The notes under the pieces: generated by a model
The model's database searches: none
What the model saw: the letters and a program-made list of their open reading frames with translations, nothing else
Told to the model about the DNA's origin: nothing
NCBI GenBank assembly: GCA_040754655.1
Contig: JBFMCE010000010.1
Location: 1-54,083 of the forward strand
DNA from: Bdellovibrionota bacterium
GTDB lineage: Bacteria; Bdellovibrionota; UBA1018; UBA923
Length of the DNA stretch: 54,083 nt
Reading direction: 5' to 3'
Made by a program: the position numbers and the translations under genes
Shown here: piece by piece, positions 16,444-26,505 of the stretch
Position numbering within the stretch: the stretch's first letter is position 1
Layout: every line of letters starts with the position of its first letter

Positions 16444-18900
16444 TTAGACGCTCAAATGAGCGGGCTTGTTTTTTGCCGCACTCTTCGCAGGTTGAATTTT
16501 TTCATTGCTGATGCGCATTCCATAGAATGAACGCAAGACAAAGAACAAACCGACCACGAAAAACACGATGCCCAGGTACTTCGCCACATCTTGCGCAGAC
16601 ACGGCGATTTCCACCGCCAACAAGCCAAACAGCGTCGTGAATTTGATGATCGGGTTCAAAGCCACTGAAGAAGTGTCTTTGAACGGATCACCCACGGTGT
16701 CACCAACCACTGTCGCGGCATGAAGCGGGGTGCCCTTTTCTTTAAGGTCTACCTCAACCACTTTCTTGGCATTATCCCAAGCACCGCCGGCATTTGCCAT
16801 GAACATGGCCTGGAAAAGCCCGAATGCCGCGATCGAAATGAGATAGCTTGCAAAGAACGTCGGATCAAAACAAGCAAACGCCAGGGTAAACGAGAAGATC
16901 ACACCGAAGATGTTGATCATGCCCGCTTGAGCGTATTGAGTGCAGATTCTCACCACTTCCTTCGAATCTTTCACGCTAGCTCTTGCAGATGAATCCAGAC
17001 GGATATTCTTCTTGATGTATTCTACCGCTCGGTATGCACCTGTGGTTACGGCTTGGGTTGAAGCCCCAGTGAACCAGTAAATCACGGCCCCACCGGTGAT
17101 CAATCCAATCAAGACGCGCGGATCAAGCAAATCAAGCTTCAACTGCAGCAACAAGATGATTGAAAAAATCATGGTTGTAGCGCCAATCACCGCCGTACCG
17201 ATCAACACCGGTTTAGCAGTGGCTTTGAAGGTATTGCCAGCGGAATCGTTTTCTTCAAGGTGGTGCTTACCCCGCTCAAAATTAGGGGTAAAACCGAAGT
17301 CTCTCTGAATCTCAGCGCTCACATTGGGAATGCCTTCGATTTGAGAAAGTTCAAACACCGACTGAGCGTTGTCCGTCACAGGGCCGTAGCTGTCTACGGC
17401 GATCGTGACCGGGCCCATTCCCAGCATTCCGAACGCAACGAGTCCGAAAGCGAACACGGCAGGATACACCATGAATTCGCCAAGGCCCGATTCCGCAGTC
17501 AAGAATGCAACCACCATGAGGCCTGCCATCACAAGACCCTTCCAGAAGGCGCTGAAATTACCAGCAACCAGTCCTGAAAGAATCGTAAGTGAAGCGCCCC
17601 CTTCACGGCTTGCGCGAACCACTTCAGCAACGTGACGCGACTTCGCGCTCGTAAAGACCTTGGTGAGTTCTGGGATGATCGCAGCCGCCAACGTACCGCA
17701 GCTGATGATCGTCGAGAGCTTCCACCAAAGGTCTGGCGAAAGGTCACCAATCAACACGTAGCTCACTACATAAGTCACTACGATCGAGAGCACCGAAGTG
17801 ATCCAAACCAACGCAGTAAGTGGAGCTTCGAAATCAAAGTGGTCTTTGTTTCTGTAAAGGGCTGAAGAAATCGCATTGTTCACCCAATATGAGACCACCG
17901 ACGTTCCCACCATCAGTACACGCATCGCAAAAATCCAGACGATGAGAATGGACTGAATCGCGGGATTGGTGAGTTGAAGGCTTCCGTCCGGGCCTTGGGT
18001 CATGCCCGCGGCCAATACGATGAAGCTGATCAGCGCCACGCCCGTCACGCCGTAAGTTTCAAAACCATCGGCAGTGGGACCTACGCTGTCGCCAGCGTTG
18101 TCTCCGGTGCAGTCGGCGATAACCCCTGGGTTACGCGCATCGTCTTCTTTGATATTGAAGACGATCTTCATCAAATCTGAACCGATGTCGGCGATCTTCG
18201 TGAAGATACCGCCGCAGATGCGAAGAGCGCTGGCTCCGAGAGACTCGCCGATCGCGAATCCAATGAAACAAGCCCCAGCGCTGTCGCGAGGAACGAAGAG
18301 CAAGATGAAAATCATCATGACAAGCTCAACGCAAATCAACAAAACGCCGATGCTCATGCCAGAACGCAGCGGGATATCCATGACGTTGTAGGGCTTGCCT
18401 GCAAGCGAAGCAAACGCGGTTCTGCTATTGGCGTATGTATTGATTCGAATACCGAACCAAGCCACGCCAAACGAACCCAAGATGCCAAGCACTGACCACA
18501 ACAAGATCAGCATGACTTTGGACAACTCCATGTGTTCGAGCACCGAGAAGTAGTAGAAAATACAGGCGCCGATGAACAGCTCGAGCACGATCAAAAGCTT
18601 GCCTTGCTGCAACATGTAGGTCTTGCACGTTTCATAAATCAATGCCGAAATCTCGAGCATCGACTTGTGCGCAGGCAGGCGCTTAATACGGAAGAACTCA
18701 TAAAGTCCAAATCCCATCCCGAGCAAGGATACAATGATCCCAAAGCCCAAGATGTCGTTTCCGGTCACCGTATTTCCAAAAATATTAAAAGTGTTTGTAA
18801 GTTCAGGAATCTTAAGGTCGGCTTCACTAGCGAAGCCCACTGTTGAGGCCAACAGACTGATGGCCGCAACAAGCACGGGGAGTAGTTTCGATGTATTCAT
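16444..18900 (-). CDS. hppA: Membrane-bound ion-translocating pyrophosphatase
   Basis: GGIFTKIADIGSDL, EDDARNPGVIADCTGDNAGD, DSYGPVTDNA, GGAWDNAKK and GDTVGDPFKDTS. Confidence 0.96.
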   Translation of the reverse strand: MNTSKLLPVLVAAISLLASTVGFASEADLKIPELTNTFNIFGNTVTGNDILGFGIIVSLLGMGFGLYEFFRIKRLPAHKSMLEISALIYETCKTYMLQQGKLLIVLELFIGACIFYYFSVLEHMELSKVMLILLWSVLGILGSFGVAWFGIRINTYANSRTAFASLAGKPYNVMDIPLRSGMSIGVLLICVELVMMIFILLFVPRDSAGACFIGFAIGESLGASALRICGGIFTKIADIGSDLMKIVFNIKEDDARNPGVIADCTGDNAGDSVGPTADGFETYGVTGVALISFIVLAAGMTQGPDGSLQLTNPAIQSILIVWIFAMRVLMVGTSVVSYWVNNAISSALYRNKDHFDFEAPLTALVWITSVLSIVVTYVVSYVLIGDLSPDLWWKLSTIISCGTLAAAIIPELTKVFTSAKSRHVAEVVRASREGGASLTILSGLVAGNFSAFWKGLVMAGLMVVAFLTAESGLGEFMVYPAVFAFGLVAFGMLGMGPVTIAVDSYGPVTDNAQSVFELSQIEGIPNVSAEIQRDFGFTPNFERGKHHLEENDSAGNTFKATAKPVLIGTAVIGATTMIFSIILLLQLKLDLLDPRVLIGLITGGAVIYWFTGASTQAVTTGAYRAVEYIKKNIRLDSSARASVKDSKEVVRICTQYAQAGMINIFGVIFSFTLAFACFDPTFFASYLISIAAFGLFQAMFMANAGGAWDNAKKVVEVDLKEKGTPLHAATVVGDTVGDPFKDTSSVALNPIIKFTTLFGLLAVEIAVSAQDVAKYLGIVFFVVGLFFVLRSFYGMRISNEKIQPAKSAAKNKPAHLSV

Positions 18901-19019
18901 CAACCTATCCTTTTGTTCAACAAGGTTTAAAATGTTCGATTAACCCGAGTGTTTTAATGAAGTTATCTAAGCTTGTCAAAACTAAAAACTTTCGTCAGAA
19001 CCCCTAATGGGGGATTTTG

Positions 19020-19937
19020 ATGCGACTGTGGGGGACATTTGTTCTCGGGGCACTGCTTTCTTTTGCTACCCTTTCACGCTCGGGCTTTGCCGTCGAGGTG
19101 GCGATCACCATCGATGATCTTCCGATCCATGAGGCCAAAACCAAGAGAATTTCGCGGCTAGAAGTTGCGCAAACGATGATTGAGGCCTTCCGAAAACATG
19201 GCTTGCCCCCAGTGTATGGCTTCGTGAACGGCATTACAGCCGAGAAAAACTCCGTAGGAGGTCAGATTCTTCAAGCATGGGTCGCGGCCGGTCATAAACT
19301 GGGCAACCATACCTTCTCTCACTTGAACTTAAACTCAGTGGCGCTCAAGCGCTATCTCGAGGATATTGAAAAAAATGAGGCTATCCTCAAAGAGTATGCC
19401 CACGGCGAGGAATACCGCATTTTTCGCTACCCCTATCTGATCGAAGGCGGCACCAGAATAAAACGAAGCGGAGTACGCGAATACCTCGCTGAAAAAGGCT
19501 ATCAAATCGCCCAGGTTACGATCGACTTCAACGACTTTCTCTGGAATGCCCCGCTTGCACGTTGTTTAAAGCAAAAAAATTGGAACGAGATCAAGAAACT
19601 GAAGAAGTCTTACATCAAAGCAGCTACCGAACAGTTCCGCTTAGCCCAGACGGTTTCTCAGAAAGTCTTCGGACGGCAGATTCGGCACATCCTTTTAATC
19701 CACATCGGCACCTTAAATGCGCTCGCTATGGATGATTTGATCGCAGCGCTTAAGCTCGAAGGGGCAACCTTCATTGATCTGCCAACGGCGATGGATGACG
19801 AAGTGTATTCGATTGATCCTGACCTCGTATTTTCAGGTGGGGTGAACTTTCTCGATCAAATCGTGCTCAAACGCCGCTTAAAACTGCCCCTGCACTGGCG
19901 AATTCCTACCCAGCAGTTGGAAGAAACTTGTAAATAA
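19020..19937 (+). CDS. Polysaccharide deacetylase (CE4/NodB) family protein
   Basis: AITIDDLP, LGNHTFSH, FRYPY and ILLIH motifs; signal peptide. Confidence 0.9.
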   Translation: MRLWGTFVLGALLSFATLSRSGFAVEVAITIDDLPIHEAKTKRISRLEVAQTMIEAFRKHGLPPVYGFVNGITAEKNSVGGQILQAWVAAGHKLGNHTFSHLNLNSVALKRYLEDIEKNEAILKEYAHGEEYRIFRYPYLIEGGTRIKRSGVREYLAEKGYQIAQVTIDFNDFLWNAPLARCLKQKNWNEIKKLKKSYIKAATEQFRLAQTVSQKVFGRQIRHILLIHIGTLNALAMDDLIAALKLEGATFIDLPTAMDDEVYSIDPDLVFSGGVNFLDQIVLKRRLKLPLHWRIPTQQLEETCK

Positions 19938-19953
19938 CTTATGATTTAAGGAA

Positions 19954-20445
19954 ATGGGTTCTCTACGCGAAATCGCAACCAGCCTTTGTCTTCCGGCCCT
20001 AGTTTGTCTTTTGGCGGTACCCTCGGTGCTCGCCACCGAAGGACGCGTCCACGATTGCCCTCCCGGAACGCGCATGGCCGGTGCTACGCCTGCAGACGCC
20101 ACGGCACGCGGCTGCCAGCGCCAAGACAAAGAGGGCAACCTGATTCGGCACGGGCCTTGGACTGAGTGGTACCTCAACGGGCAAAAACAAAAACAAGGCG
20201 ATTACTTCAATGGTAAACGCACAGGTCTCTGGACCTGGTGGTACCCTGGCGGCTTGAAAATGCAGCAAGGGAAATACCTGAACGATCTACCGGTAGGGGT
20301 CTGGTCTTATTGGGACGAGCAAGGAAAACCCGTCGACATCAGAAAATCGCAACGCTCTGGCAGCTTGCGCAAGGCAGGCTCAGATGAACCCAGTGTAGAT
20401 CGAGAAGATTTCGGCAACACCCTCAAGAAAGCTTTTGGGAGATGA
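19954..20445 (+). CDS. MORN-variant repeat (YwqK-like) secreted protein
   Basis: Repeats HGPWTEWYLNGQK..GDY.NG, TGLWTWWYPGG and VGVWSYWDEQG. Confidence 0.75.
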   Translation: MGSLREIATSLCLPALVCLLAVPSVLATEGRVHDCPPGTRMAGATPADATARGCQRQDKEGNLIRHGPWTEWYLNGQKQKQGDYFNGKRTGLWTWWYPGGLKMQQGKYLNDLPVGVWSYWDEQGKPVDIRKSQRSGSLRKAGSDEPSVDREDFGNTLKKAFGR

Positions 20446-20486
20446 CCAGAGCTTTCTAATCTACATTGAGCAATTCACAAGCGATT

Positions 20487-21200
20487 TTATGGATGCGCGA
20501 TTCTCGTTGTATCTTCAGTCTCGATCAATACTTCGAAATACCACATCGAATTGGGGGCTGCTCTAGCCACACCGCAATTCTGGAGTTGGCATTGATTAAG
20601 CACGGTGCCGCAACAAACAGCATAGTTTTGAGTGTGGTAGTCGTAAGTCCAGTACCAGCCTCCGTTATGAATGCAATAGGGATCGCTCGAGGTCGTACAC
20701 ATCGAAGCTTGCGTACAGAACGTATTGCAGTTGTAGTCGGTCATCACTTGATCAACCCAAATGTCGTATTGCGCATTTGCCGGAGCCCCTGCGAGATAGC
20801 GACTGAAGTCTAACAACGCGGGATCTGATTTCTGGCGTAGTGGCAACCCTTGACGATAAATATTGCCAGCAATGGGTAACGGAACAGTTTTGCTAGCGAG
20901 AGTTCGAATGGGGATATTTGAGTTAGCGGCGCCGCGCTGAACCAGCGTCACTCTAGCAGCCATCTTGGTTACATTCGTGCCGCCTGTAATTGGAATGATA
21001 GACACCCGCAACTTTCGGTCCGCGAACAAGGGCCCCGTCACAGCCCTCACGCTCGCATTCCCGTATCCTATAGCGTTGGTGCGATGGTATTGGGGAATTA
21101 CTCTTGGAGCAGGGCGAAGGTTATCAAACCTACCAGCCTGCGCCGAAATCGCTGAACAAATAAGCAAAAATGCAAAAAACCCAAGCTTGGAAAATGACAT
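20487..21200 (-). CDS. Secreted protein with an 8-Cys C-terminal region
   Basis: Signal peptide ending AQA; GAGAGG RBS; Cys-rich tail. Confidence 0.7.
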   Translation of the reverse strand: MSFSKLGFFAFLLICSAISAQAGRFDNLRPAPRVIPQYHRTNAIGYGNASVRAVTGPLFADRKLRVSIIPITGGTNVTKMAARVTLVQRGAANSNIPIRTLASKTVPLPIAGNIYRQGLPLRQKSDPALLDFSRYLAGAPANAQYDIWVDQVMTDYNCNTFCTQASMCTTSSDPYCIHNGGWYWTYDYHTQNYAVCCGTVLNQCQLQNCGVARAAPNSMWYFEVLIETEDTTRIAHP

Positions 21201-21225
21201 AAAACCTCTCTCTAATCATAGAAAG

Positions 21226-21241
21226 AGCAAGGAGAGTGCCA
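21226..21241 (-). promoter_or_regulatory. Sigma54 (RpoN) -24/-12 promoter
   Basis: Minus strand TGGCACTCTCCTTGCT matches TGGCAC-N5-TTGC(A/T) exactly, 25 nt upstream of the ATG at 21200. Confidence 0.8.
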
Positions 21242-21336
21242 GTGCTAAATAGAAGAAATTTATACTCTTTTCCGGGTCTGTTTTGATAACTGGGTGGGCA
21301 GTTGTCGAAAAATTATGTGTGTCAAAAAGACGCAGG

Positions 21337-21822
21337 CTATCGCGGAAGCCTGACGTTCGCTTCGTTGATAGTGAATCCCCCGATTGCGCATTTACTCACG
21401 GGCTCATGGCCCGGGAGGTAGGTCGTGTTGCAAAGCACGGCAAACTCACCTACCTGCTTGTCATTCTCAGAATAGATCGGGAAATAATAGAGCATATTCT
21501 GAATCGAATCGTATTCCCTGTCGATTATGTTCATGCTGCCCCCGACAGAGTCGCCAACGCTGAGGTCTGGTAGCTTGGCAATGTCAGCGCGAATGATTTC
21601 CATTCCCTTTTTAGTGCCCCACTCATTCTGCAGGTGCTCAGCCAAAGTATTCCTAAACGCCGAGAGATCGTTTTTTTTCAACGCCTCTAATGCAAGAACC
21701 AAGACCCCTTCCGCCGTAGAGAAGTTGCCTTTCTTTCCGCAACTAGAATAAATGAGGGTGGATAAAAGAAGCGCAGATACAACTGCGAACACACGTTGTG
21801 AAGACATTTTGTTCGTATTCAT
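21337..21822 (-). CDS. Hypothetical lipoprotein
   Basis: Hydrophobic leader ending YSSC; ATG at 21822 has a GGGG RBS-like motif. Confidence 0.55.
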   Translation of the reverse strand: MNTNKMSSQRVFAVVSALLLSTLIYSSCGKKGNFSTAEGVLVLALEALKKNDLSAFRNTLAEHLQNEWGTKKGMEIIRADIAKLPDLSVGDSVGGSMNIIDREYDSIQNMLYYFPIYSENDKQVGEFAVLCNTTYLPGHEPVSKCAIGGFTINEANVRLPR

Positions 21823-21878
21823 AGCGCCCCATATAATTGCATTGAAGACTTTAAACAAGGATTTAGACGGGTGATCGA

Positions 21879-22232
21879 TCAAACGAGTTTCTGGATGGCT
21901 GTCAATATCGCAATCGATGCAGCGAGCATAATACCCATTCTAACGGTGAGCTTGGACTCAATTTGAGCAACAGAACTTTCCAGCTTCGACTCGAGCTGAA
22001 AGAAACGACTGTCAATTCTTGTTTCTAGTTCCACTAGATCTTGTTTTGATGCCAGTTTGCCTTCCATAATTTCTACTGAATCACATCGAAGTGCAGCTGC
22101 GCAAGACTTCATCATCCCGCGGTCCGACTGTCTTCCGGCAAACTCCCGCGCGGGAGTACTGGCTACGGCCGAAGATGTCGCCGTTGTTGTTACCTGCGAA
22201 CCTTGCTTTTCGTTTGATGGAAGCAAGCCCAT
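21879..22232 (-). pseudogene. DUF1640/CCDC90-like coiled-coil + C-terminal TM protein with replaced or truncated N-terminus
   Basis: VEIMEGKLASKQDL...LESKLTVRMGIMLAASIAILTAIQKL fits DUF1640-type C-halves; the first ~52 aa do not look homologous. Confidence 0.5.
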
Positions 22233-22233
22233 C

Positions 22234-23064
22234 TTATGCGGACTTCTTGCGCTGCTGGGTCTTAAGATTCAATCTCTGCTCGATAAGCGGCCCGTTTTTT
22301 AAACTCTTTGCCAAAAGCACCGCTCCCGGAATAAGAATCCCAAGGCTTAAGAGCTGTCCCATGGTAAAAGGGCCCAAGACAAATCCGAGCTGAACGTCGG
22401 GCTCACGAAAAAACTCAAGCGCAATACGACACAGTGCATAACCCACTAAAAACACGCCCGTCAGAACGCCGTAACGTTTGACCCTTCCGCGCAGGATCCA
22501 AAGCACCACGGTCAAGACAAGTCCTTCAAAGAAAGCCTCATAAAGTTGAGACGGATGCCGCGGCAAAGAACCGGCGTTCGGAAAGACCATGCCCCAAGGC
22601 ACCTCGGTCACACGCCCATAGAGTTCGCCGTTGATAAAGTTTCCGATGCGCCCTAAGAAAATTCCGACAGGCCCGCAAAGCACCAATGTATCTAGAACGC
22701 TGCGCCATGGGATCTTTGCTTTTTTTGCGATGAGAAAACTGGCGATGGCAATTCCCGCGAGCCCGCCATGAAAAGACATGCCTCCATGCCACAGGGCAAA
22801 AATCTCAAGCGGATCTTTCAGAAAACCGCTGTTCCCATAGAATAAAACATAGAAAACCCGTGCGCCCGCGAGAATGAAAACCACAAGGTATAAAAACAGG
22901 CGCTCGACCAAAATGGCGTCAAGCGGAAGAAATCTGCTCTGCGCAGACTTTCGCATCAACTGAAGCAGCAAGTAAAAACTCACGGCATACATCAACCCGT
23001 ACCAACGCAAAGCAAGCGGACCGATTTGTACGATGACCGGTGAGATTTGAGGAAAAGTAAGCAT
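22234..23064 (-). CDS. lgt: Prolipoprotein diacylglyceryl transferase
   Basis: LRWYGLMY, GARVFYV, GGMSFHGG, GRIGNFINGELYGR, RHPSQLYE and EFFREPD. Confidence 0.97.
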   Translation of the reverse strand: MLTFPQISPVIVQIGPLALRWYGLMYAVSFYLLLQLMRKSAQSRFLPLDAILVERLFLYLVVFILAGARVFYVLFYGNSGFLKDPLEIFALWHGGMSFHGGLAGIAIASFLIAKKAKIPWRSVLDTLVLCGPVGIFLGRIGNFINGELYGRVTEVPWGMVFPNAGSLPRHPSQLYEAFFEGLVLTVVLWILRGRVKRYGVLTGVFLVGYALCRIALEFFREPDVQLGFVLGPFTMGQLLSLGILIPGAVLLAKSLKNGPLIEQRLNLKTQQRKKSA

Positions 23065-23160
23065 AAGAGGAATTTTACTAGGGACCTTAAATTTAAGCTA
23101 TACTTACACACCAAGGTTTTTGTATTCTTGGTACTCGGTCGTAAAACACGACGGGCGTAA

Positions 23161-25197
23161 ATGAAAAAGAAACAACCAAATCGCGAGCCTAAATTCATGT
23201 TGAAAAAACTCCTGACTCTGATCGCCGTAATGGGTAGCCTCTTGTCTTCTGGCGTGCTTCAAGCGCGAGAACCGAGCTTGGAGTGCCCGCTCTTAAGACC
23301 TATCGCTCAAGGCTTTCTCATGCACCACTACTCTTCAAAGAAGCTTGACCTCGAGCATGAGGGACGCACCGTCGAGCAATTCATCAAACGACTCGATCCG
23401 TCGAAGATCTATCTTTTGGAATCGGATGTGGTTGAGATCAGAACGAATATGCGCGGGCTCTTTCAGCGCTTAGGGCAAGACTGCAGCTCTCTTGAGAAAT
23501 CTCACAAGGTTTTGATCAAACGTCTTGAAGAAACCCTCGGTTTTGCGAAGAAAACGCTCACGCCCGCTGATTTTAAATTTCAAGAGACCACGGAACTCAC
23601 GATTGACCCCAATCTGCGCAAGCATCCTGCAACTGTAAAGGAAGCTCAGGACCAGCTGCACAAATTCATCCAATTCCAGATTTCGAACTATCTGGCATCG
23701 GATATGAAACTTCCACAGGCAAAAAAACAACTCATCCATAGATATGAGCTCAATCTGAAAAGGCAGAAAGAATTGAGCCGCGACGAGCTTTACAGTTTGT
23801 TTTTAGACGCCTATGCGAGCGCGCTGGATGCGCACTCAAGCTACCTTTCGCGCGATACCCTGGAAGACTTTGAGATCCAGATGCGACTTTCACTTGAAGG
23901 AATCGGCGCAGCACTCACTTGGGAAGATGGCTACACGACCATTGAATCGCTGATTCCCGGTGGTTCGGCTGAAGCTTCGGGCAAGCTTCAACCCAAAGAC
24001 AAGATCGTGGCAGTCGCGCAAGGCGCGAAAGACTTTGAATCTGTGATTGATATGCCGCTGCGCGATGTCGTCAAACTCATTCGTGGTCCAAAGGGAACAA
24101 CGGTTCGTTTGACCGTGCTCAGGCAAGAGACCAAAGGGACGACGACCCAAATCGTTTCATTGCAACGCAATAAGATCAACCTTCAAGACGAAGCTGCCAA
24201 GCTTACAATGACCAAACGAAAGATCGGCAATCGCGAAATCAAGATCGCTGTCATCGACCTTCCCTCGTTTTATGGCGATCTCACCCGGAAAACTCGTTCC
24301 TCGTACGAGGATTTGAAGAAACTCATCCAACAAGCCAATAAAGAAAAGGTCGATGGTTTGGTTCTTGATCTTTCTAAAAATGGCGGTGGTTTGTTGACTG
24401 AAGCCGTGCGAATCGCGGGTCTTTTCATCAAAAAAGGCAATGTGGTTGCCACTCAAAGCTCAAGAGAAAAACTCGACCTGCTCGCTGATGAGGATGAAGC
24501 CGTTGACTACAATGGCCCGATGGTCGTTTTGACGAGCAGGCTTTCGGCGAGTGCTTCTGAGATCGTCTCTGGGGCTCTTCAAGATTACAAACGCGCAGTC
24601 GTCGTGGGGGCTGACCACACGTTCGGCAAGGGGACCGTGCAGGCGATGATGAACCTTCCGGCCAATTTCGGTGGTGGCGCGATTAAGGTCACAACCGGGA
24701 TGTTCTTCGTGCCTGGCGGACAATCGACTCAGTATCGCGGAGTGCCGGCGGATATCGTGCTCCCGAGCATTTTTTCAACTAAAGATATTGGTGAAGTGAG
24801 CCTTGATAACTCTCTACCGCCAAAGTCGATTTCGCCTTTTACGAGTAAAGAAGCCCATGCAACGGAAGCACCGCTGCGCTGGACTCCGGTCGATGAAAGC
24901 ACTGTGAAGAAATTGCGCACGCTCTCTACGGTTCGCGTTGAGAAGGATGCGGAATTCAAAAAGATCCTTCAAGAATTGGCTGACCTTGAGAAGCGTAAGG
25001 GCGTGATCAAGCTTGCAGATTCGCTGAAGAAGCAGAAAGAAGAAAAGGCTGATCCTAAGAATAAGGTCGCCAAAGGCCGTAAAGGCAAGCGCCAGACCGA
25101 TGAAGAGTACCTGAAAAACCCGCATGTGAAAGAAGCGATTTCTGTGGCTACCGACTTGATCGAACAGGCCCAGAACAATCAGCAAGCAGCGCGGTAA
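23161..25197 (+). CDS. prc: Carboxy-terminal processing (tail-specific) protease, S41
   Basis: LDAHSSY, LEGIGA PDZ, DLSKNGGG, SASASEIVSGALQDY and TFGKGTVQ. Confidence 0.93.
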   Translation: MKKKQPNREPKFMLKKLLTLIAVMGSLLSSGVLQAREPSLECPLLRPIAQGFLMHHYSSKKLDLEHEGRTVEQFIKRLDPSKIYLLESDVVEIRTNMRGLFQRLGQDCSSLEKSHKVLIKRLEETLGFAKKTLTPADFKFQETTELTIDPNLRKHPATVKEAQDQLHKFIQFQISNYLASDMKLPQAKKQLIHRYELNLKRQKELSRDELYSLFLDAYASALDAHSSYLSRDTLEDFEIQMRLSLEGIGAALTWEDGYTTIESLIPGGSAEASGKLQPKDKIVAVAQGAKDFESVIDMPLRDVVKLIRGPKGTTVRLTVLRQETKGTTTQIVSLQRNKINLQDEAAKLTMTKRKIGNREIKIAVIDLPSFYGDLTRKTRSSYEDLKKLIQQANKEKVDGLVLDLSKNGGGLLTEAVRIAGLFIKKGNVVATQSSREKLDLLADEDEAVDYNGPMVVLTSRLSASASEIVSGALQDYKRAVVVGADHTFGKGTVQAMMNLPANFGGGAIKVTTGMFFVPGGQSTQYRGVPADIVLPSIFSTKDIGEVSLDNSLPPKSISPFTSKEAHATEAPLRWTPVDESTVKKLRTLSTVRVEKDAEFKKILQELADLEKRKGVIKLADSLKKQKEEKADPKNKVAKGRKGKRQTDEEYLKNPHVKEAISVATDLIEQAQNNQQAAR

Positions 25198-25259
25198 GGC
25201 CTCGACACGGCAAATTAATCTATGGTAGGGCCTCTCTCAACTTTTGGGGAGGCCTAAGT

Positions 25260-25781
25260 ATGAGTACTTTTTCTCGATCTGTTGTTGTCTGTCTGCTTTC
25301 ACTTTTCTGCAGCGCTTGTTACAGCGTGAGTCGTGACACTGTGATTGATCTCAAAGGGACCATCACCGACGCGGCCGGAAACCCCATTGAAGTCAGCCTT
25401 CATGACCGTGTCGAAGTTTGCGCCTGGTTTACACGAAAAAATGGAGACTTTCTTAATAGCAAGGGAACCCTCGGTGGCGCTTACGTTCTATGCCAGCCTT
25501 TGAGTTCGGGTAAAAACGGAGTAAGTTTTAACCGGGCGGAATTTGAAAACTATGAAAGTTTCTTTATTTTGAGTGACCGCGACAAAGCCGAAGACTCTGT
25601 TGACATCGTTGAAGCCCATCTTAAGTTGCAGCTCTTCACGGGGCCAGAATCATACCGTTATACCAGCCTTGGATCGATCACCAGTGTCGTACATAATCTT
25701 GGAAAAAACGGTGGCACCGTAGAATTTAAAGCCATCATCGGCTCAACTCAAAAGGGCGTCAATCATATTACAGTTCACTGA
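25260..25781 (+). CDS. Hypothetical lipoprotein
   Basis: Leader ending CSAC; GGAGG RBS. Confidence 0.6.
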   Translation: MSTFSRSVVVCLLSLFCSACYSVSRDTVIDLKGTITDAAGNPIEVSLHDRVEVCAWFTRKNGDFLNSKGTLGGAYVLCQPLSSGKNGVSFNRAEFENYESFFILSDRDKAEDSVDIVEAHLKLQLFTGPESYRYTSLGSITSVVHNLGKNGGTVEFKAIIGSTQKGVNHITVH

Positions 25782-25984
25782 TCAGGCCCACAGGCGACGC
25801 ACCAAGACCCAAACTTTTTATATAACGGTCCCAACATGGGATTTACGCATTCCGCCGAGGTATCAAGCACGGTAGAATCTGCCGCATTGCCTTAAATTCT
25901 AGCGCCTCTTACAATCGAAAGAAGACTTCAAGGCTTGAAGCTGCCTTAAAGCCACCGTCCTCTTTCAATGGAGAGAATTTTAAA

Positions 25985-26392
25985 ATGCGCGTTTCTTCTG
26001 GTTCTGAAAATCCTCGTCGTAGTGAAAAAGCCGAACAAACTGAAAAGGCTGAGCAATCGTCAAAGAAAACGAGCGTCGTGAAGAAAAACGCAAAGAAAGC
26101 CAATCCTAAAGACGTGGAAGCCGATGCCGAAGTCACCTTGAGCGCAAAATCAAAAGAGCCCGCGAAAACGCCAAAAGAAACCGCCGAACCCAAGGCCTCT
26201 CAATCCATCGCGCCAAAGAAGGCTGCGCGTGAATCAGCAGAAGGCAAACAAGAGCGCGAGATCTTAGAAGCCGAAACGCTCATGGACCATATCGACTCCG
26301 GAAAACTCTCAAAACCAGAGCAAGACCTTGCGATGAAGCGCGTTGGCGAAATCTTGAAACGATATGGCCATATCAAGGGCGGACAGGCCTAA
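25985..26392 (+). CDS. Hypothetical low-complexity protein, weakly FlgM-like
   Basis: GGAG RBS; disordered K/E/A-rich N-terminus, DAEVTLSAKSKE, helical C-terminus. Confidence 0.5.
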   Translation: MRVSSGSENPRRSEKAEQTEKAEQSSKKTSVVKKNAKKANPKDVEADAEVTLSAKSKEPAKTPKETAEPKASQSIAPKKAARESAEGKQEREILEAETLMDHIDSGKLSKPEQDLAMKRVGEILKRYGHIKGGQA

Positions 26393-26505
26393 TCCTGCTC
26401 AGTCCTGTAGACGAAGCAAGGTTAGAAAATCTATCGCGACGTTTCACTTCGTCTTTGGCATCCCCCGTCTTTTCATTCCAAAAGACGTGTGCTTGAATTT
26501 TTCTC

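Noticed and set aside
19954..20445. Toxin-antitoxin module (YwqK antitoxin label)
   Set aside because: Only generic MORN-variant repeats with a signal peptide; no adjacent toxin gene recognised
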